From positions 832,001-896,000 of the forward strand of contig CBDAOY010000005.1 in assembly GCA_965198225.1 (NCBI GenBank): a DNA stretch of 64,000 nt. The letters run 5' to 3'. The first letter of the stretch is position 1; the number at the start of each line of letters is the position of its first letter. Position numbers and translations under genes: made by a program. Shown here piece after piece: positions 58,990 through 64,000 of the stretch. A model generated the notes under the pieces. The model was not told where the DNA came from and did not search any database. It saw nothing but the letters and a program-made list of their open reading frames with translations. The DNA is from Terriglobia bacterium. GTDB lineage: Bacteria > Acidobacteriota > Terriglobia > 20CM-2-55-15.

Positions 58990-60312
58990 ATGGAAACGAA
59001 ACTGGAACGAATAGCGGCGAAAGCTCGGAGTGAGCCAAAGCTCCGGTTCACGTCACTGGCGCATCATGTCACCCGAGAGCGTGTGTGGAAGAACCTGTGT
59101 CAAGTGCCCCGCAACACGGCTCCCGGATGTGATGGTCAGAGGGTACCGGAGGCGAAGGAGGAATTCGGAGTCTGGGTGGAGCCAATGCTCCAGTCTGTTC
59201 ACCAGAAGGGATATCGCGCTCCGCCGATTCGGCGGGTGTATATCCCCAAGCCCGGCAAGCAGGAGAAACGTCCCCTGGGCGTGCCCTGTGTTCAAGATCG
59301 GGCCCTTCAGCGCAGCGTGGCCGAGGTATTGGTCGCCATCTACGAGCAGGACTTCTTGCCCTGTTCCTTTGGTGGCCGGCCTGGGCTGGGCGCCCACAAT
59401 GCACTGGCAACCCTCCATGAGGTGATTTCCGGATGCAAGGTGAGTTGGGTGTTGGAGGCGGACTTGAAGAACTTTTTCGGGAGTTTAGACCATGGATGGC
59501 TACTCCGCTTTGTGGAGCATCGAGTCGGAGATCCGCGGATCATCAGTCTGATACGACGATGGTTAAAGGCGGGCGTTTTCGAAGACGGGGAATTGCATTC
59601 GAACGAAGAGGGAACCCCGCAAGGTGGGTCGATCAGCGTTCTGCTGAGCAATCTGTACCTGCATTATGTGCTTGACCTGTGGTTTGACCGGATGGTCCGG
59701 CCACGCCTGAAGGGTGAAGCGTATCTGGTGCGGTACATCGACGACTTTGTCGTGTGTTTCCAATATCGGGACGATGCGCTTCGTTTCCAGAACGTTCTGC
59801 GCAAGCGACTGGGAAAGTTTGGACTGGTTCCGGAGCCGACCAAGACGAAGCTCGTCGAATTCGGCCGCTATGCCCAGCGCGATGTCGTCCGGCGCGGGAG
59901 AAAACGTCCAGAGACGATCTATTTTCTGGGCATGACCCTGTACTGTACGCGTAATCGCAAAGGCAATTTTAGAGTGGGACTGCGAACAGAGAAGTCTCGA
60001 CTTCGACGCAGTCTGGCTCATCTACGCGGCGTGATGAGGCGAATGCGTCACTTGCCGGTCCGGGAGCAAGTGCACAATCTGAACCGAGTCTTGCGCGGGC
60101 ACTACGCCTACTATGGCATTGCCGGGAACCTCCGGGCTCTGCAGCACGTCGCTCGGGCCGTGGAACGTTACTGGCGCCAAATGCTCAGCAGTCGTAGTCG
60201 TGCAGGCTTCGTCCGGTGGGAAGTATTCAACCGGATTCAGCTGCACTTTCCGTTACAGCGTCCCAAGTTGGCTCTCCGCTATCGGGAGTTCCAGTCTCTC
60301 GCTGTGCTGTAA
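58990..60312 (+). CDS. ltrA: Group II intron reverse transcriptase/maturase (no endonuclease domain)
   Basis: RRVYIPKPG, RPLGVP, DRALQ, ADLKNFFG, GTPQGG, VRYIDDF, LRGHYAYYG; alternative start at 58966. Confidence 0.94.
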   Translation: METKLERIAAKARSEPKLRFTSLAHHVTRERVWKNLCQVPRNTAPGCDGQRVPEAKEEFGVWVEPMLQSVHQKGYRAPPIRRVYIPKPGKQEKRPLGVPCVQDRALQRSVAEVLVAIYEQDFLPCSFGGRPGLGAHNALATLHEVISGCKVSWVLEADLKNFFGSLDHGWLLRFVEHRVGDPRIISLIRRWLKAGVFEDGELHSNEEGTPQGGSISVLLSNLYLHYVLDLWFDRMVRPRLKGEAYLVRYIDDFVVCFQYRDDALRFQNVLRKRLGKFGLVPEPTKTKLVEFGRYAQRDVVRRGRKRPETIYFLGMTLYCTRNRKGNFRVGLRTEKSRLRRSLAHLRGVMRRMRHLPVREQVHNLNRVLRGHYAYYGIAGNLRALQHVARAVERYWRQMLSSRSRAGFVRWEVFNRIQLHFPLQRPKLALRYREFQSLAVL

Positions 60313-60322
60313 ATCCAATTCT

Positions 60323-60399
60323 GAAGAGCGCAGTGCGGGAAATCCGCACGCTGCGTTCTGTGGGAGCCGGAGGCGGGCAACTGCCTCCGGCCACCCGGT
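60323..60399 (+). ncRNA. Group II intron domains V-VI (intron D 3' end)
   Basis: GAGCGCAGTGCGGGAAATCCGCACGCTGCGTTC; DVI GCCGGAGGC...GCCTCCGGC then CACCCGGT. Confidence 0.85.
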
Positions 60400-60508
60400 G
60401 CGACTGGAAACGAAGCCACGGCGAGGAGTGAGGCACCGGAATCGGCGAAAGCCACCGGCAACAGCTACCCCCTTTGCCTACCGCCACCGCGCCAGTCGTC
60501 GACTCTAC
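60400..60508 (+). ncRNA. Orphan group II intron domain VI-like end
   Basis: GCGACTGG...CCAGTCGT stem ending CGACTCTAC, the same terminus as at 58863. Confidence 0.6.
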
Positions 60509-60668
60509 ACGAATGTGGGCGCTACCCTAAACTGGCGCAGAAGAGCTTCGGATTCTGGAACAACGACGCGGATGCCGTCTACGATCAGTTATAGGGGGGG
60601 GGGAGGAGACGTCGTTCTCGTTTCCGTTTTACCGACCTTACCTCCACGAAGCGCCGGTCAGCACTCTC

Positions 60669-61388
60669 CTAATCCATCCATGCTGTGAACCTTTCTCGTT
60701 TTGGCGGATCGCTCATCCATGAAGTGTCAGGCAGCGGCAGGTCCTGGGCTTCTTTCACCGTCAGCCAGCCGCCTGGCAGGGGCATCGTGTGCCTGTAGTC
60801 GCGGCGCGTGATCCACGCGAGTTCCTTGAGGTCCTCGCACAATACGGCCAGTTCGGCCGTCACCATCGTGTCCTGGGTCACGTAGGCCAGGACGTCATCG
60901 TACCGCCCCTCGGCCCATGCGGCCGGCGCTTCTGCTCCGCTCATCTCGGCGAGCTTGCCCGCGATCTCCATCCCTTCGGCGGCTTTCTGAAGGCTGATCG
61001 GATGGCCGAGAACGCAGAGCGCGTGAAACAACATATCGACGTGGTTCATGGCCAGCTCGACGCATTCGGCCCGCCTGCCGGATTCCTCGGCAACGATGTC
61101 GAAATCGAACCCCGCGCCGTTCCAGGTGACGAGCGTATAGCCGTCGTCGACATAACGCTCAAGGTCGTCGATCATGCCTCCGGCTTCCGTTTCCGACATC
61201 CGCGGCGCGGGATCGCCGCTCGATGTCCAACCGTGCCACGCGAGGGTCTCGCCCGTATCGCTGAGAGATGCGGCAGCGCAACTGATCCCTAGCGGCCGAT
61301 ATGCGAGGATCTCCGATGCGCCTTCGGGCAATACCTGGGCCGTTTCGATGTCGAAGGCGATGTAACGGGTGGGAAAGAGGTTGGGCAT
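60669..61388 (-). CDS. RNase H-like/DEDD 3'-5' exonuclease domain protein
   Basis: IAFDIET, LVTWNGAGFDF, HVDM, SLQKAA, YVTQD. Confidence 0.8.
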   Translation of the reverse strand: MPNLFPTRYIAFDIETAQVLPEGASEILAYRPLGISCAAASLSDTGETLAWHGWTSSGDPAPRMSETEAGGMIDDLERYVDDGYTLVTWNGAGFDFDIVAEESGRRAECVELAMNHVDMLFHALCVLGHPISLQKAAEGMEIAGKLAEMSGAEAPAAWAEGRYDDVLAYVTQDTMVTAELAVLCEDLKELAWITRRDYRHTMPLPGGWLTVKEAQDLPLPDTSWMSDPPKRERFTAWMD

Positions 61389-61540
61389 GGTGTGGGAGTA
61401 ATTCTCATCGAGGCGGGGTTCATGCCAGGTCCCGGGGCATTCCCTTACACCGCCGACACGCAGATCCTGTATTGTATTCGGCGGCAACGGCCACCAGCAG
61501 AATCTGCAATCGTGAACATGAAGACCTGCAAGAAGAGTCG

Positions 61541-62338
61541 ATGCGCTTAGCCTCCTGGAACGTGAACGGCATCCGGGCCGCGATCAAGAAAGGCTTCGCC
61601 GCCGCGCTCGAGGGTATGGCCGTGGACGTTCTCTGCCTGCAGGAAACCAAGGCCCAGAACGCACAGGTGCTCGAGGCCCTGGCCGGCATCGGTGGCTATC
61701 GGATCTACACGAATTCGGCGGAAAAGAAAGGCTATGCCGGTACTGCGATCCTCACGCGCCGCGAACCGCTCTCGATCCGCAAGGACATGGGCGTGGCAGT
61801 CCACGACCGGGAGGGGCGCGTCCTGGCCGTCGAGATGGATTCCTATTTTCTCGTCACGACTTACACGCCCAATTCGGGCGAGGGGCTGCGGCGGCTGGAA
61901 TACCGCCAGCAGTGGGATGCGGACTTTCTAAAGTACGTGAAGAAACTGGAAAAAGAGAAGCCCGTGGTCCTCTGCGGTGACCTGAACGTAGCCCATACTG
62001 AGATGGATATCGCCCGTCCCCAGGCGAATTACAACAAGAGCCCCGGCTATACGCAGGCCGAGATCGACGGCATGAACTGCCTGATCGACTCCGGACTGGT
62101 CGATACCTTCCGGCACAAGAACCCAGACCAGGTCAAGTACAGCTGGTGGAGCTTCCGCGCCGGCGCCCGGGCGCGAAACGTGGGTTGGAGAATCGACTAC
62201 TTTCTGGTGTCGGAGGCCCTGCGCGACCAGATCGCCCACGCCGATATTCTGAATGAGGTTGAGGGCTCGGATCACTGTCCGGTGGTGCTGGAGTTGGGGA
62301 GTGGGAAGAAAGCGGCGGGGAAGGGGAAGAAGGGGTGA
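61541..62338 (+). CDS. xth: Exodeoxyribonuclease III (AP endonuclease)
   Basis: SWNVNGIRA, LCLQETK, YTPNS, GDLNVAH, YSWWS, GWRIDYF, GSDHCP. Confidence 0.95.
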   Translation: MRLASWNVNGIRAAIKKGFAAALEGMAVDVLCLQETKAQNAQVLEALAGIGGYRIYTNSAEKKGYAGTAILTRREPLSIRKDMGVAVHDREGRVLAVEMDSYFLVTTYTPNSGEGLRRLEYRQQWDADFLKYVKKLEKEKPVVLCGDLNVAHTEMDIARPQANYNKSPGYTQAEIDGMNCLIDSGLVDTFRHKNPDQVKYSWWSFRAGARARNVGWRIDYFLVSEALRDQIAHADILNEVEGSDHCPVVLELGSGKKAAGKGKKG

Positions 62339-62365
62339 CAAGAAAGTCCAGATCCCGATAGCCGA

Positions 62366-63352
62366 ATGAGCACAGACAGCTTTGTAGCCATTGACGTCGA
62401 GACCGCCAATGCGGACCTTGCCAGTATCTGCCAGATCGGCCTGGTGACGTTTGCCGACGGACAGATCGTGTCCGGGTGGCAGTCGCTGATCGACCCGGAA
62501 GACGAGTTCAACGAGATCAATATCTCAATTCATGGCATCGACGAATCCTCTGTTCAAGGCGCTCCGCACTTCAACGACCTTGCTGTCCATATTGGCAAGA
62601 CACTCGAAGGTCAGGTTGTTGCGAGCCATACCTCTTTCGATCGTGTGGCCCTCCACCGTGTTCATACGAAGTACGCGCTTCCGATGGTCGAGTGCCGGTG
62701 GCTGGATACAGCTCGGGTCGTTCGCAGGGCTTGGACACAATTTGCGAAGCGTGGGTACGGGCTTGCCCAAGTCTCTGAGTTCTGTGGCATTCAGTTTCAA
62801 CACCACAGTGCTGTCGAGGACGCCCGAGCGGCCGGAGAAATCCTGGTCCGGGCGATCTCGGAGACCGGTCTCGGGCTCCATGATTGGCTGGTGCGGATCC
62901 AGCAACCCATTGACTCCTACGGGGAGGCGCATGCCCGGGCTGGCAATCCAGACGGTGAGCTGTTCGGTGAAGAGGTCGTATTTACTGGAGCCCTTTCAAT
63001 GTCCAGGCGCGAAGCTACTGATTTGGCCGCGACAGCGGGTTGTGCTGTACCGGGTTCCGTTCGGAAGACCACAACGCTTCTGGTCGTCGGCGATCAGGAC
63101 ATAAGGAAGCTTGGCGGTAAGACGAAGAGTTCGAAGCACCGAAAAGCGGAGCAACTGATCTCGGAAGGACAGCCGATTCGAGTTCTGACTGAATCGGACT
63201 TTAGATCCCTGGTAGAGAGTCAGGCAAGCTCTTTTTCCAAAGCCAGCCAGCAGTCTTCGACCGACCTCGGCAACTTCATTGCTTCTGCTATTCGAGAACA
63301 ATGTTCGAGGAATATGGTCTCGACATCGCTCTTCAAGTCCCTGCTTCTTTGA
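62366..63352 (+). CDS. DEDDh exonuclease (DnaQ-like) with C-terminal BRCT domain
   Basis: VAIDVETAN, SHTSFD, LDT, HHSAVEDA; VVFTGAL, SVRKTTTLLVVGDQD, SSKHRKA. Confidence 0.85.
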   Translation: MSTDSFVAIDVETANADLASICQIGLVTFADGQIVSGWQSLIDPEDEFNEINISIHGIDESSVQGAPHFNDLAVHIGKTLEGQVVASHTSFDRVALHRVHTKYALPMVECRWLDTARVVRRAWTQFAKRGYGLAQVSEFCGIQFQHHSAVEDARAAGEILVRAISETGLGLHDWLVRIQQPIDSYGEAHARAGNPDGELFGEEVVFTGALSMSRREATDLAATAGCAVPGSVRKTTTLLVVGDQDIRKLGGKTKSSKHRKAEQLISEGQPIRVLTESDFRSLVESQASSFSKASQQSSTDLGNFIASAIREQCSRNMVSTSLFKSLLL

Positions 63353-63690
63353 GATTTTATGGATTCGATCAACGATGCCCGGAGCCAGGAAAGCGCTGTG
63401 CTCCGGATCGAATGCCGGGAAACGACTCATTAGATCCGGGTCACTCATTCCTCCCACGTTGTTAGGCCCGTTCAGATCGAGATAGCAGACTTCAAGATAG
63501 GTTCGAAGGGCTGCGTCGAGTTTCATTCGACGCCGCAGAATTTCTCCGGTTTGGAACTTGGCGTTCCGATACAGGCCCCAGTCTCCTTCGCCTGCGTGCG
63601 TCAGTAGAGCTTCGTTTGCAAGGCTCCAATTGATGTCATCCTCGGACGGCTCTCGTCCTCCGAATCTCTTTCTGAGGCGAGTCGGAATGA
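63200..63690 (-). pseudogene. Fragment of a hypothetical helical protein, 5' part replaced by an IS end (boundaries uncertain)
   Basis: DINWSLAN...WGLYRN...YLEVCYLDLNG...LAPGI reads like real protein; no credible start before the IS-derived sequence. Confidence 0.5.
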
Positions 63691-63699
63691 AAACGGAAC

Positions 63700-63977
63700 G
63701 GAACAAGACAAACCAGTGGCCTGTGGAAAATGACGCCTATGGGAATCCACAAAAAACGTGGATTCCCACAGCCTTGGAAAAGCCTGCGACTTTCCCACAT
63801 TTACACACAGGCCCGGCGACCAACAACAACGTTATGAAAGGATTCAAACAAGAATCGTGGACTTCGGGAGGTCTAAACTGAGATCCTAAACTTCGCTTCG
63901 CTCCGGCGGGTGATCACAATCACCGGAATCCGTGATCAGGATCCCGGAACTGCTGATCACGTTCAGCGGAATACACA
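63700..63977 (+). mobile_element. Orphan IS21-type terminal region without transposase
   Basis: Three spaced repeats of TGATCA...CGGAA (63910-63971) ending GGAATACACA; preceded by the same structured motif as the IS21 at 2520-2632. Confidence 0.68.
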
Positions 63978-64000
63978 GCAAACAATCCGCCAACAAATTC

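Noticed and set aside
58990-60312. RT as a retron, Abi or CRISPR-associated RT
   Set aside because: It has a maturase-type C-terminus and canonical DV-DVI directly downstream; no VTG retron motif or effector gene is evident.
60594-60603. G homopolymer as a phase-variation tract
   Set aside because: It is intergenic, downstream of convergent units, and not placed within an evident promoter or ORF.

Overview
GC-rich bacterial DNA, probably Acidobacteriota (inferred from an ADOP-type permease fragment and an ECF sigma factor next to a Ser/Thr kinase remnant). 1-14.5 kb is an IS-dense zone: an IS21 whose istA carries an in-frame MITE, IS fragments, an IS5 interrupted by an IS1111-type IS110 whose non-coding region contains candidate guide segments, an IS256 with an 8-bp target duplication, and an IS1182 that truncates a permease. 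14.7-31.5 kb is a urea-use locus: ureABC-E-F-(BASS transporter)-G-D, then a porin plus urtABCDE preceded by a sigma70 promoter and two tandem ANTAR-type attenuators. 31.9-54 kb holds metabolic and accessory genes (fcs-like ligase, mobA, FdhF/YdeP oxidoreductase, PP2C, OmpA, FapA, CBS, CDGSH, YVTN, radical SAM, a PaoABC-like molybdoenzyme, an inositol monophosphatase-family enzyme), interspersed with GTAG-type REP doublets, MITEs and a second IS1182. 54-64 kb holds an ECF sigma factor, a RelE/ParE TA module flanked by a duplicated gene 3' end, a kinase stub fused to a group II intron RT fragment, a stack of at least four abutting or nested group II intron modules (one intact RT), three nuclease genes and an orphan IS21 end. 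No rRNA, tRNA or CRISPR array was seen. All calls come from reading the sequence and motifs; no database search was run.
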